64,000 nt of DNA from Eledone cirrhosa (Eukaryota), in the NCBI GenBank assembly GCA_964016885.1, contig OZ024746.1, forward strand, positions 16,678,001 to 16,742,000, in the 5' to 3' direction. A program made the position numbers and the translations under genes. The notes beneath the pieces were generated by a model, which saw only the letters and a program-made list of their open reading frames with translations, was not told where the DNA came from and ran no database searches. Below are positions 33,941 to 48,690 of this stretch, in pieces (position 1 is the first letter of the stretch; every line of letters begins with the position of its first letter).

Positions 33941-36900
33941 ATACTGTTGTGTATCTGTTCTTAACATAGTATATATACACTGTTGGGTATCTGTTCTTAA
34001 CATAGTATATATACACTGTTGGGTATCTGTTCTTAACATAGTATATATACACTGTTGGGTATCTGTTCTTAACATAGTATATATACACTGTTGGGTATCT
34101 GTTTTTAACATAGTATATATACACTGTTGGGTATCTGTTCTTAACATAGTATATATACACTGTTGGGTATCTGTTCTTAACATAGTATATATACACTGTT
34201 GGGTATCTGTTCTTAACATAGTATATATATACACTGTTGGGCATCTGTTCTTAATATAGTATATATATACACTGTTGGGTATCTGTTCTTAACATAGTAT
34301 ATATATACACACTGTTGGGTATCTGTTCTTAACATAGTATATATACACTGTTGGGTATCTGTTCTTAACATAGTATATATATACACACTGTTGTGTATCT
34401 GTTCTTAACATAGTATATATATACACTGTTGGGTATCTGTTCTTAACATAGTATATATATACACACTGTTGTGTATCTGTTCTTAACATAGTATATACAC
34501 TGTTGGGCATCTGTTCTTAACATAGTATATATACACACTGTTGTGTATCTGTTCTTAACATAGTATATATATACACTGTTGGGTATCTGTTCTTAACATA
34601 GTATATATATACTGTTGTGTATCTGTTCTTAACATAGTATATATACACTGTTGTGTATCTGTTCTTAACATAGTATATATATACTGTTGTGTATCTGTTC
34701 TTAACATAGTATATACACACTGTTGTGTATCTGTTCTTAACATAGTATATATATACACTGTTGGGTGTCTGTTCTTAACATAGTATATATACACTGTTGG
34801 GTATCTGTTCTTAACATAGTATATATACACTGTTGGGTATCTGTTCTTAACATAGTATATATATACACTGTTGGGCATCTGTTCTTAATATAGTATATAT
34901 ATACACTGTTGGGCATCTGTTCTTAATATAGTATATATATACACTGTTGGGTATCTGTTCTTAACATAGTATATATATACACACTGTTGGGTATCTGTTC
35001 TTAACATAGTATATATACACTGTTGGGTATCTGTTCTTAACATAGTATATATATACACACTGTTGTGTATCTGTTCTTAACATAGTATATATATACACTG
35101 TTGGGTATCTGTTCTTAACATAGTATATATATACACTGTTGGGTATCTGTTCTTAACATAGTATATATATATACACACTGTTGTGTATCTGTTCTTAACA
35201 TAGTATATACACTGTTGGGCATCTGTTCTTAACATAGTATATATACACACTGTTGTGTATCTGTTCTTAACATAGTATATATATACACTGTTGGGTATCT
35301 GTTCTTAACATAGTATATATATACTGTTGTGTATCTGTTCTTAACATAGTATATACACACTGTTGGGTATCTGTTCTTAACATAGTATATATACACTGTT
35401 GGGTATATGTTCTTAACATAGTATATATACACTGTTGGGTATATGTTCTTAACATAGTATATATATACACTATTGGGTGTCTGTTCTTAACATAGTATAT
35501 ATACACTGTTGGGTATATGTTCTTAACATAGTATATATACACTGTTGGGTATCTGTTCTTAACATAGTATATATACACTGTTGGGTATCTGTTCTTAACA
35601 TAGTATATATACACTGTTGGGTATCTGTTCTTAACATAGTATATATACACTGTTGGGTATCTGTTCTTAACATAGTATATATACACTGTTGGGTATCTGT
35701 TCTTAACATAGTATATATACACTGTTGGGTATCTGTTCTTAACATAGTATATATACACTGTTGGGTATCTGTTCTTAACATAGTATATATATACACTGTT
35801 GGGCATCTGTTCTTAATATAGTATATATATACACTGTTGGGTATCTGTTCTTAACATAGTATATATATACACACTGTTGGGTATCTGTTCTTAACATAGT
35901 ATATATACACTGTTGGGTATCTGTTCTTAACATAGTATATATATACACACTGTTGTGTATCTGTTCTTAACATAGTATATATATACACTGTTGGGTATCT
36001 GTTCTTAACATAGTATATATATACACTGTTGGGTATCTGTTCTTAACATAGTATATATATACACACTGTTGTGTATCTGTTCTTAACATAGTATATACAC
36101 TGTTGGGCATCTGTTCTTAACATAGTATATATACACACTGTTGTGTATCTGTTCTTAACATAGTATATATATACACTGTTGGGTATCTGTTCTTAACATA
36201 GTATATATATACTGTTGTGTATCTGTTCTTAACATAGTATATATACACTGTTGTGTATCTGTTCTTAACATAGTATATATATACTGTTGTGTATCTGTTC
36301 TTAACATAGTATATACACACTGTTGTGTATCTGTTCTTAACATAGTATATATATACACTATTGGGTGTCTGTTCTTAACATAGTATATATACACTGTTGG
36401 GTATATGTTCTTAACATAGTATATATACACTGTTGGGTATCTGTTCTTAACATAGTATATATACACTGTTGGGTATCTGTTCTTAACATAGTATATATAC
36501 ACTGTTGGGTATCTGTTCTTAACATAGTATATATACACTGTTGGGTATCTGTTCTTAACATAGTATATATACACTGTTGGGTATCTGTTCTTAACATAGT
36601 ATATATACACTGTTGGGTATCTGTTCTTAACATAGTATATATACACTGTTGGGTTTCTGTTCTTAACATAGTATATATATACACTGTTGGGCATCTGTTC
36701 TTAATATAGTATATATATACACTGTTGGGTATCTGTTCTTAACATAGTATATATATACACACTGTTGGGTATCTGTTCTTAACATAGTATATATACACTG
36801 TTGGGTATCTGTTCTTAACATAGTATATATATACACACTGTTGTGTATCTGTTCTTAACATAGTATATATATACACTGTTGGGTATCTGTTCTTAACATA

Positions 36901-38393
36901 GTATATATATACTGTTGTGTATCTGTTCTTAACATAGTATATATACACTGTTGTGTATCTGTTCTTAACATAGTATATATATACTGTTGTGTATCTGTTC
37001 TTAACATAGTATATACACACTGTTGTGTATCTGTTCTTAACATAGTATATATATACACTGTTGGGTGTCTGTTCTTAACATAGTATATATACACTGTTGG
37101 GTATCTGTTCTTAACATAGTATATATACACTGTTGGGTATCTGTTCTTAACATAGTATATATATACACTGTTGGGCATCTGTTCTTAATATAGTATATAT
37201 ATACACTGTTGGGCATCTGTTCTTAATATAGTATATATATACACTGTTGGGTATCTGTTCTTAACATAGTATATATATACACACTGTTGGGTATCTGTTC
37301 TTAACATAGTATATATACACTGTTGGGTATCTGTTCTTAACATAGTATATATATACACACTGTTGTGTATCTGTTCTTAACATAGTATATATATACACTG
37401 TTGGGTATCTGTTCTTAACATAGTATATATATACACTGTTGGGTATCTGTTCTTAACATAGTATATATATATACACACTGTTGTGTATCTGTTCTTAACA
37501 TAGTATATACACTGTTGGGCATCTGTTCTTAACATAGTATATATACACACTGTTGTGTATCTGTTCTTAACATAGTATATATATACACTGTTGGGTATCT
37601 GTTCTTAACATAGTATATATATACTGTTGTGTATCTGTTCTTAACATAGTATATACACACTGTTGGGTATCTGTTCTTAACATAGTATATATACACTGTT
37701 GGGTATATGTTCTTAACATAGTATATATACACTGTTGGGTATATGTTCTTAACATAGTATATATATACACTATTGGGTGTCTGTTCTTAACATAGTATAT
37801 ATACACTGTTGGGTATATGTTCTTAACATAGTATATATACACTGTTGGGTGTCTGTTCTTAACATAGTATATACACACTGTTGGGTATCTGTTCTTAACA
37901 TAGTATATACACTGTTGGGTGTCTGTTCTTAACATAGTATATATACACTGTTGGGTATATGTTCTTAACATAGTATATATACACTGTTGGGTATATGTTC
38001 TTAACATAGTATATATACACTGTTGGGTATCTGTTCTTAACATAGTATATACACACTGTTGGGTATCTGTTCTTAACATAGTATATACACACTGTTGGGT
38101 ATATGTTCTTAACATAGTATATATACACTGTTGGGTGTCTGTTCTTAACATAGTATATATACACTGTTGGGTGTCTGTTCTTAACATAGTATATACACAC
38201 TGTTGGGTATCTGTTCTTAACATAGTATATACACACTGTTGGGTATCTGTTCTTAACATAGTATATATACACTGTTGGGTATCTGTTCTTAACATAGTAT
38301 ATATATACACACTGTTGTGTATCTGTTCTTAACATAGTATATATACACTGTTGGGTATCTGTTCTTAACATAGTATATACACACTGTTGGGTA
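33941..38393. repeat. 36-bp (34-42) minisatellite, variant B, about 120 copies
   Basis: Unit ACACTGTTGGGTATCTGTTCTTAACATAGTATATAT. A few diverged units recur at 38975-39060. Confidence 0.98.
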
Positions 38394-38517
38394 TAAAGAT
38401 AGCACGCACACACACACCAAACACCACACACACACACAGATGACAGCTTTGGGGCAAGCAGAATTTTGACTGCTTACTAAATCGTAGACACATAAAAAGA
38501 TAACACACACATTAGAT

Positions 38518-38835
38518 CAGGGGTTCTCAACCTGGTCCATGTGGTCCACTAGTGGTCCACAGAAAATTTTCAATAGCAAATTCTTTTTTGATCCATGCAT
38601 TTGACTTAAAGCGCTGTTCTTATTCTTCGCATAAGTACGACTTCAGCTGTTTATTTGCGTAGATTTTTAGGCACTGCGACATAATAATAACATTTTCTAA
38701 TTCATTGAAAAAAAAACATGTACTGATGCTTATAAGTAGCAGTTCTATTACAAAAGATTTTAAAGTTTAGGTGGTCCACAGAAAAAAATTACTTATTTTG
38801 GTGGTCCACAGCGAAAAAAAGGTTGAGAACCCCTG
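38518..38835. mobile_element. hAT-type MITE
   Basis: TIR CAGGGGTTCTCAACCT / AGGTTGAGAACCCCTG with 8-bp TSD cattagat / cattggat. Confidence 0.9.
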
Positions 38836-39529
38836 CATTGGATAACGCTACATGCGGCTTTGACCGGGAGGGTCATTTAGAGGGAATGAGGGGGGGGGGG
38901 GGGGTTGCATTGGCCCACTTTCTGCTGTGGCGATTGGACTGCATGCCCTGCTTTCCAGGTTACCCTTCACCACTGATATACACACTGTTGAGTATCTGTT
39001 CTTAATATATATCCACACTGTTGGGTGTCTGTTCTTAATATATATACACTGTTGGGTATCCATTCTTCTTTAAGTATAAAAATATCCCTCTCTTCATTGT
39101 TATTCTCAGTGGATAATAATCTGGGAGGGGGTGGGATAATTGTAGTTGGGAGTCTGTGGGAAAATTTAAATAAAAGGTGTCCTTGGTGGACATAAAACGG
39201 GTGGGAACTATTGGCATAGCGACAAAGGGGCTGCATACGATAAGGTGTTGAATTATCAATATGAGTCATGAGTTCACATTACCTGCAGATATTTTAGTAT
39301 ATTATTTCAGTATATTTAGTATATTATGTTTTGAACATTTTGTTACCATTTCCAATGAAATGCTCTCCCTGTTATTTCAAATAATTTTGAAATAACCAAA
39401 ACTTGGAATTTGCTGTTGTTGGTGGCGTTGTCGGTGGTGTTTGTAGTGGTAGTGTTGATGTTGGTGGTGTATTATATGTTTTACATAGCTATTATATTTT
39501 TTCTAAATTTAAATTCTTAAATATTTCAG

Positions 39530-39767
39530 ATTTTTAAAACAAGTAAATGAGGCATTTGACCCTCTGAACACTCAGAATCTCTTCTCATTACCAAACACTT
39601 CCAACATCTTAGAATTAGTTAAACTCATACAACAGCTGTCTGAAGCAATCCGTTTCCGTCTTCTTCCTGGAAGGGTCTCTTTACCAAATTCTGCATCACC
39701 CCTTCAGTCAGCAAACAACTTTGCTGCTCAGAATACATTAACCCCAGCTGAAGCTCAAGCACAGGAG
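39530..39767 (+). CDS. BLZF1: Golgin-45 coding exon 5
   Basis: tttcAG|A. Open frame FLKQVNEAFDPLNTQ...NTLTPAEAQAQE containing the conserved TPAE motif. Donor GAG|GTGAGT. 238 nt, phase 2-0. Confidence 0.88.
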
Positions 39768-39949
39768 GTGAGTAATCATTTGAGTTAATACCTTTTGTCT
39801 ACTACGATTGCTTTAAGGTCATATTACCTGGTGTAGCAGGGGTTAGCTTTGTGGGCGCCATCACAAGCCCCATAGGCTAAATTTTGTGGCAATGTTTTAC
39901 AGACAGATGCTCTTCCTGGTAAAAATCCTTTTAGTCACTCTTACAACAT

Positions 39950-40955
39950 GCAGGGATACATTGTACTTACTCTAAACCTAATACACACAAGACTACAGTA
40001 TCCCTATTCCAAACCTGATACACAGAGGGATACAGTGTACCTATTGTAAACTAGACACATGCAGGGATACAGTGTACCTATTCTAAATCAGATATACACA
40101 GAGATATAGCATTTCTATTCTAAACTAGATACTCACAGGGATATGGTGTACCTATTGTAAACCAGATATACACAGGCATATGGTGTACCTGTTGTATACC
40201 AGATACACACAGGGATATGGTGTACCTATTGTAAACTAGATACACACAGGGATATGGTGTACCTATTGTAAACCAGACACATACAGGGATACAGTGTACC
40301 TGTTGTAAACCAGATATACACAGGGATATGGTGTACCTATTGTAAACCAGATATACACAGGGATATGGTGTATCTATTGTATACCAGATACACACAGGGA
40401 TATGGTGTATCTATTGTATACCAGATACACACAGGGATATGGTGTATCTATTGTAAACCAGATATACACAGGGATATGGTGTACCTATTGTAAACCAGAT
40501 ATACACAGGGATATGGTGTATCTATTGTAAACCAGATATACACAGGGATATGGTGTACCTGTTGTATACTAGATACACACAGGGATATGGTGTATCTATT
40601 GTAAACCAGATATACACAGGGATATGGTGTACCTATTGTATACCAGATACACACAGGGATATGGTGTATCTATTGTAAACTAGATATACACAGGGATATG
40701 GTGTACCTATTGTATACCAGATACACACAGGGATATGGTGTATCTATTGTAAACTAGATATACACAGGGATATGGTGTACCTATTGTAAACCAGATACAC
40801 ACAGGTATACATTGTACCTGTTGTATACCAGATACACACAGGTATACATTGTACCTGTTGTAAACCATACACACACGGGGATAGTGTACTTATTGTACAC
40901 CAGGTACACATAAGGATGCAGTATACTTTTTATAAACCAGATACACACAGGTATA
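39950..40955. repeat. 37-bp minisatellite
   Basis: Unit CACAGGGATATGGTGTACCTATTGTAAACCAGATATA, with degenerate edges. Confidence 0.96.
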
Positions 40956-42327
40956 AACAACAACAACACCAGACTTCATTTTTTTGTACCTAAGAGTTAC
41001 CTGAAACATTGCCATACTGTCCTGTCAATGATTGTTAACTTTCATCATCATCATCATTTCACATTTGATTTTCCATGTTGGCATTGCTTAGATGTATTAA
41101 ATTTTCATAAATTAAAAATGCACCCTGTACACTCTGTAAAGTGCTAGTGCTATGTTAAAATGCATGTGATACACTCTGTAAAGTGGTAATTTTGGTGCCA
41201 TGATAAATTGTACCCAGTACACTCTATAAAGGGCTAGTGTTGATGCCATGTTAAAATGCACCCAGTACACTCTGTAAATGGTGACATTGTTTTAACTCTT
41301 CTCTGGTTTCTGCATGTCCTCTACTAACTTTTGCCCTTTATTCTTTAATATATTTATTTCTAATTGGCTGAATATTTGCTTTTTTCTTCCAAAAATGGTT
41401 GCCTTCATATTCATTCAATCTTCTCTAACATCCTAGGTGTTGGACTTTAGCTCAAAAGGCTGTGAGTTCAAATCCTGAACTGGGTGACATAGTGTGTTTT
41501 TCAGTAAAGCACTGCATTTGTTGCTTTTAATGATAGGGGCCCCAGCCCTATCATTAAAATATCCGAAAAACCTCCTATGAGATGTAATCTCGTTGGAGGC
41601 CAGCTAAACCTGCATAGGTGTGAGCTGTAATAGCAACATTCATACGTATGTGTATAAGACTGAGGTCCTTATCATTATCATTAAAATTCCTGAGAAACGT
41701 CCTATGAGAAACAACCCTGTAGGAGGCTAGCTAAACTGCAGTTGTTAGCTGTAACAGCAACATACAAATGTGTGTGTATGATATGCTTGGGGTCCTTAGA
41801 ATTAAAACACCTAAGAAACCTCCTATGAAATATGACCTCGTAGGAAGACAGTTACATCTGCATGGGTGTGAAGTGTAAATTTCATTTATTTTTATTTCTT
41901 CCTGTCCAAGCTGACCTCTGAACAAAGACATTCCCAGTCATATCATTTACTACATTATTTAATGTATCCTTCTTTCTATAAAGACAGTAGGATTGATGTG
42001 GAGGTCTGGCTGCTATATGTATCAGTACAAGTGACCATGTAGTGTAGTTAAAGATGTAGGTAGAAGACAGTATTCAGATTGTATTACCACCCCTATGTAC
42101 CTCATTCCCAGCTGTGGTCAAAACTGCCCATTGTTCTACAATACAAAGCTGCTTCTTTTAAAGTGTTTATTTTAAAAAAAACTGTTTCAAATATCAGATT
42201 AATAATGAAAAAGTTAGTTCTATTATTAAATTGCTCCGAATTCTTGATTATTTTACAAAATTAATTATCATAGGAAATATGTTAATGAAAGCGTTACCAA
42301 AAAATATAATAATTGCATTTATCTTAA

Positions 42328-42534
42328 CCCTTTAGCATTTAAGCCGGCTGTGTCCGGCCAGAATTCTCTTGCTTTTTTTGTTCAAACTGGCCATAACTGG
42401 CTGCTTATACTTATGTTAAGGTATTGTTCTCAAAATAAATGATATCAAAATCTCGTAGATTCAATATCATGTGAGATAAAGTGTTTACCGTGAAAATGCA
42501 ATAGTAAATATAGAGTAACATGAATGCTAAAGGG
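42328..42534. mobile_element. piggyBac-type MITE
   Basis: TTAA|CCCTTTAGCATT ... AATGCTAAAGGG|TTAA. Confidence 0.85.
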
Positions 42535-43105
42535 TTAAAGAAAAATATGATTACATCATGTAATTCATACTTGTGTGTTTTACTGGTGACGATGATGACA
42601 ATGATGATGATGATGATATTAATGATAATAATACTGTGGTATTTAGTGAGTCCCTTATATGTCATATCCATTAACAGGCAACTAAACAGGATGTAATTGT
42701 TGCAACATATCAACATTGAACCAGTGGTGAGTTAGACACAGACTATTGTCTTCTGCTTATTTTGTCTACAACACACACACAGTTTATAAACACACTCAAA
42801 GACTGTCAAAACAACATTGCTTGCAACATATACACATCTCCTTTCTGTCTAGCTTCTTTCTTTGTTTATATATAGCAGTTGTTTGGGGGGATTTATCAAA
42901 AACAAAAACACAACTCTTAATCTATATCTATTTTCTGTTGACTATTCATGTGTATGGTGTATATATATATATGTGAGTGGGTTTAATGCGTTTATGGTGT
43001 GTGTGTGTGTATATATATATATATGTATACATATTTAATATGTGTGTGTTTAGTTTATATATATATATATATATAATGTGTGTGTGTGTGTTTTGTATGT
43101 TTATG

Positions 43106-43180
<75 letters not shown>

Positions 43181-43639
43181 GTGTGTGTGTTTAGTGTATA
43201 TATATTTATAATGTGTGTGTTTATGGTGTCATTCTAGATTCATTTTCATAGCTTGGTATGGTTTCTATGGCTAGATGCCATTCTTAATACAAACCATTTT
43301 ACAGAGTGTACAAGGTGTATTTTATCATTTCACCAGCACTAGAAAGATTGTCATCTGTTCAGCAACACTGAAGACTCCTCTATACCTAAGTTGTTTCTTT
43401 TGATCACCAACCACTTTACAGAGTGTACTTGGTGCACCAGCACAAAAGAAGTGGCCAAGTCCTTGATTGGACCAAAAGGTATCCTATACTGTATGTTATC
43501 TAATTTTGTCAACCACTTTACAAGGGGTACTAAAAGTATTTCATTGTGCTACCTACACTAGTGAGGTTGTCTCCACCCACAGCAAATTAAGAGTGCCATC
43601 TCCACTCCATACAATCTCTGATCTATCACCACATCTACA

Positions 43640-44110
43640 TTCACCATCACAGTGTTTGTACTGCTGCGCGGGTCTTTTCTAGCACAGTGAGTTACCAGTC
43701 ATCGTGATCTGTTTCATCTCTTCGGTGTGCTTCAGTTTCTTGAGGTCATTCTTCACAACTACATCCCACTTCTTCCTTGGACTCTCTCTTCCACAAGATC
43801 CATTTACTTCAAGTACTTGGCACTTTATATAACTCATACTCTCCTTATGCATCACATGTCCATACCAGCACAAACTTCTCTGGCTCATTACAATTGATTC
43901 CTCCTTATACTCTTCTTTCTCAACTTACTCATGCTTCATCATCTATGCACGCATACATTATAATACAGCTCATCATGCATGCTGCATTCATGGCCCATGT
44001 ATTGCTGCCATGCAGGATAGCAAAAATCTCATCTACTTCATGATCTAAGGTCTGACACCAAAATCTGATCAAACCTTTGATCCTGATCTCATCATCTGCA
44101 TTAAATGTGG
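43640..44110 (-). pseudogene. Decayed RTE LINE 3' ORF fragment
   Basis: RSLCWYGHVMH...GSCGRESPRKKWDVVVKNDLKKL resembles the RTE RLRWYGHV..GRPRKTW motif. Confidence 0.75.
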
Positions 44111-47094
44111 CCTCATGTGTAAATCAGCAGTTGGACTAAAGTGCTATTTAGTTCATTTTTTATGGTTATGCCCTGAGAAGAATGTTGAACCCTCATACAT
44201 ACACACATACATATATAACCCCATCTGTCCTCCTGTCATGTTCTTTCTCCCTTCACTCTGCCACCACTCTATCTCTCCTAGTTATCCTTTTTGTTATGTG
44301 CTCTTCAATGAAAAGAGAGTGTTGAGTAATGAGAGCTCTTTAGTCCTGTGAGATACAAAGCAACATCTCATGCTAGTGCCATAATAAAATGCTCCTAACA
44401 CACTCTGTAAAATGGTTGGCAAATGAGTGGAGACAACATAGGGTAAAGAAGACTCTTCAGTCTTGTCAAGGGTATAACAATCACGTTACTGCTGGTAACT
44501 TGACAAAATGCACCCAGTACACTCTGTAAAGGGGCTGGAATTAGTTTCTATGGCTGGATACCCTCCTTCTTAGGCCAAAATATTGAATATATGAATGAGA
44601 CGTTGTAATCTGACCTACTTAGGAGGGCAGTATCTCTGAATAAGACCTGACTGAGGCAATAATCCATTCAAACCATGGCATCATTAGAAACAGACATAAA
44701 ATGATGATGATATATTTTATCTCCAGGTTTCTTTTAATCATTGATTGAAATGGTGAATTCTTTATTTTGTTAATTCCAGTATTATTTTTCTATAACGTAG
44801 TTGTAAAAGAAATAAATCTATTGTTAAAACCCAAGTTCTGAGTTCAAATCCTGTCAAGACTAACTTTGCCTTTCATCCTTCTGGGTTCGATAAAATAAAG
44901 TACCAGTTAGGTCCTGGGGCTGTTGGACCACCTTCAGTTCTAATGACTAGTGGTCCAGTTCTTCAAGCAATGAAACATGCAAGTGGCTGAGCATTCCACA
45001 GATATGTGTCCCCAGAACATAATTCTCAGAGAAATTCAGCATGACATAGTGTACGCCATGGCTGTCTCTTTAAATTACAGGTACAACTCATTTTTTTTCC
45101 AACTGAGTGGACTGGAGCAACATGAAATAAAATGTCTTGCTCAAGGATATAATGTGCCACCAAGAATCAAATTCATCACCTAACAATTGTTAGTTAAACA
45201 GTGGAAAAGAAAATCTGGGAAAAATTTAACATTTTGGTCGGTCAAATCCTCAAAACCTAGTTTTCAGCAATAAGTTATCCTTAAATTGTTTCTGTTCCTT
45301 TGAAGTAGCAGCAATCCCATAAGCACACCTGAGATATTTACGTATCCTCTTCTCACCATCCCTACTACACTAAACATTTTATCCAGTACTTTCTTCCCAC
45401 ATTGCAGCCCCCTGTGATTCATTACCTATTTCTCCCCCTAAGGTCCTTAATCTACAGAACTTTAAACTGATCATCCAAATTGTTGTTACCTGTCTGGAGG
45501 GGTAAATGGTACACCCTTCATCAATGTTTCACTAAATAATTAAAACTAATACTAATTTAACCCTTTCATTACCAAATTTCTCATGAAAGACATTGCCTAT
45601 GGTTTCCAAATCATTTTTAAAATAATCAAGAATTTGAAGGGATTTAGTATTATAAACTTTTCATTATTAAGCTGGTTTTTGGCACATACCTTATAAATTT
45701 TTCAGAATTATGATGGAAACTTTTTAGATAAATATGAACACTTTAACCCTTTCATTTAGAATTAGCAGTATCGATAGAGGGTTGGGCGCCATGCTTTCTA
45801 GCATAGTTACATTCCTTTACGGTCTGAGTTCAAATCCCATCAAGGTTAACTTTGCCTTTCATCCTTACAGGGTCGATAAAATAAAGTACCAGTAATGTAC
45901 TGGGTAAATGCTGGCCTTGTGCCAAAAGTAGAAACAATTATTATATTTTAATGAAAGAAACTGCCTAGAATTTTCAACTAAATTTAAAAATCAAGAATTT
46001 GGGGACATTTAATAATATAAAAAAACATTAAAATAGACAGTTTTATATTGTAAAACCAGAAGCAATTTCAGCTGGTTTAATATGAAAATTGTTAAACCTT
46101 ATAGTAAATAACTTATATCAACATTATGTGGTGATTTAAAAAAAATCATATTTCTATCTAAGTTTGTCTGTATATCTGTTTGTCTAACTCCATCACTGTG
46201 AAGTAGCAAGTTATTTATTCTGTATGCATGCTCACATGTGTGTATGTGTGTGGTGCATATATATATACAGCTTCTTGTGCATGATCACATATCTATTATT
46301 TACACATTTTGTGCATACTTGAAAAATATATGCATGGACAGACATACACACACATATATATAACTTACTTTGCATGTATATTATATATATATATATATAA
46401 ATATATAACTTTTATTGCATGCTTTTTCGTTTTTTTTTTTTTTAATTCCTTTTCTTATATTTCCACTCTTTGGTTGTTATGTTTATTGCAAACTAATGAC
46501 ACATATGTGACAATTCAGTATGTTTGATATTATATATATTTCCCTCTACCAAATTGGACTGACAAAGGCAATGATCATTCAAAGGTTATAGTAGAAGACA
46601 CTACTTGCTCTGCAGAAAGATTGAACCTAAAACCATGTTGTTACAAAGTAAACTTCCTAACTACATAGCCATGCTAATGTTTATAAAATAATTTTAAATT
46701 GTTTGCATTGTTGAGTAAATAACTTTCATTAACTCTTTTGTTTGTTGTCCATAATTACCCTCACCCCAACCTATTTCTACACAACCTTTCACAGAACAAA
46801 CAGTAAAATACTACAGATACTCCAGCAATTCTTCTCTTCCAACCACACTGGGGACATAATTAAAAGAAGAATTTATTTAATACTTAACCAATTTAGATTA
46901 TGACTGACAGAAAATATCCCAGGATGACTTCAGCATGAAAAAAAGTAAAGTGGGTGTTAACATATCCAAAGAATTTTAATTAATAGAAATTACATTTTTT
47001 ATTTTCATTTGGTTCTTTAATATCCATTTCATAAATCCATCCTATATCTCAAAAATGTATCTTATAATGTCTAAAGTCTATCATACATTATGTA

Positions 47095-47245
47095 AACGCC
47101 ATCTTCACTAAAGTCCATCTTAACTTTCTCTAAAATCCATCTTAACTTTCTCTAAAATCCATCTTAACTTTCTCTAAAATCCATCTTAATTTTCACTAAA
47201 ATCCAACTTAACTTCACTAAAATACATCTCCTCTAAAATGTATCT
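47095..47245. repeat. Tandem repeat of about 22 bp just upstream of the last exon's acceptor
   Basis: AAATCCATCTTAACTTTCTCTA repeated about 6 times. Confidence 0.85.
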
Positions 47246-47266
47246 TGTCTTTGTTATATTTCACAG

Positions 47267-47440
47267 GTTTTATATAAAGAAGTAAATCTGCTGAATGAAT
47301 CTACAATGAGAAGAATTCAATCGGTGAAGCTCCTTCCTCCCGATCTGTTATGGATGGATCGTTACCATCATACTATCCAATATGATAATCTTACAATAAA
47401 CTGCTGTCCACATTGTAAAGGAGACATTATTGTTGTATAA
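47267..47440 (+). CDS. BLZF1: Golgin-45 terminal coding exon with the GRASP55-binding C-terminal tail
   Basis: ttcacAG|GTT. Encodes VLYKEVNLL...DRYHHTIQYDNLTINCCPHCKGDIIVV then TAA, matching vertebrate RFHPYTRYENITFNCCNHCRGELIAL*. Confidence 0.95.
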   Translation, partial: VLYKEVNLLNESTMRRIQSVKLLPPDLLWMDRYHHTIQYDNLTINCCPHCKGDIIVV

Positions 47441-47694
47441 ATTACTTGGAACATTCTCACTGTTCCGCTCCAAACAACTCCACTGCTCATTATTTATCTA
47501 TACCATTCTAAGTTTACTTGGAAGAATTAGTTTTGCTCAACCTTGTTTTTTTTTTTGTTTTTGTTTTTTTTTCATCAAACTCTGTCTTATATTGTTATTG
47601 TTCCAGATGAGCAAACGTACAGTGAATTCTCAAATTTTGATCGTTTTTTTATCTAGGTAGGTTTATAGTTGTGTTTATGGAGTTATATGCATAA

Positions 47695-48065
47695 TTTAAC
47701 TTTGATAGGTTTCAGCCAGTATTCGGCCAGGCCATGTCAAACCCAATTGTGCAACCTGGCAAAGACTTCTAAATCATACTTCTTATTTCAGTCCTACTTT
47801 GTAGGTCATGGCCCACTTTGTGTTTTGGCATGATTATATAAATCCATACCAAAACAGATAAAAGAAGAAAAAGACCCCACAATTTTCAGATGATTCCTGG
47901 ACAAATTCCTCCAAGGAATTCCAGATAATCCACCTACACTGGGATATATTTCAGCCAACAACGACTCCCCACTCAGGTAGGTTGTGGTGTACAAAGCATG
48001 ATTTAGAAGACTTCACCAGGACATACTGTTAAGTTTGACATGGCCCAACCCCATACTGCCTCGAA
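47695..48065. mobile_element. TIR-bearing repeat; partial second copy at 49145-49320
   Basis: GGCCATGTCAAAC ... GTTTGACATGGCC inverted pair. The start AACTTTGATAGGTTT is shared with 49145. Confidence 0.5.
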
Positions 48066-48542
48066 GACTTGCCTTCCCATGTGCACAGGATGAAACAAAT
48101 ATGTAAAAGACACTAGTCAGCACCAATATTTTGTTCTTTACCCTTCCTCAGTTTTAATACCCCATTGCCCTCACCAGCTAAATAACCCTCACACCTCACC
48201 CATGTTGAACTTGTGTACTTGTTCACCCAATAACCCTCACTCTGCCAGACTATGGATACAAAAAAAAAAACACCAAGTCCATCCAATATGGTGATCCAGT
48301 GCTACAACAACAAAGCACCCAGTCCATCCTGTAAGCCAATTGTTTTGGTGGCATGATAAAAAGCACCCAGTCCACACTAATGTGGTTAGCATTGGGACGG
48401 GTATCCAGCCATAGAAACCAAGCCAAAATACAGATCTGTATGAGCAAGACATGGTCACCTGACCTGAATTGTCTCATAATGTGACAGTATGTCTAACCCA
48501 TAAAGGCATGGGTAAATAGACGTAAAATGGTGATGATATATA

Positions 48543-48606
<64 letters not shown>

Positions 48607-48621
48607 TATATGTATACACAT

Positions 48622-48690
48622 ATATTTCATATAGAAATGATTCTACAGGCCTAGAACTATTTCATTCATTTGAAATCATCAGTGATTAAT
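48622..48690 (-). ncRNA. Family C hammerhead-like motif (core intact, stem I degenerate)
   Basis: Minus strand reads CUGAUGA UUUC AAAU GAAU GAAA UAG UUCUAGGC CUG UA GAAUCAUUUCUAUAUGAAA. The 3' part is homologous to 52992-53031. Confidence 0.6.

Noticed and set aside
33385-40955. CRISPR-like appearance of the 36-37-bp repeats
   Set aside because: Units are head-to-tail with no unique spacers, there are no cas genes, and they lie in eukaryotic introns.
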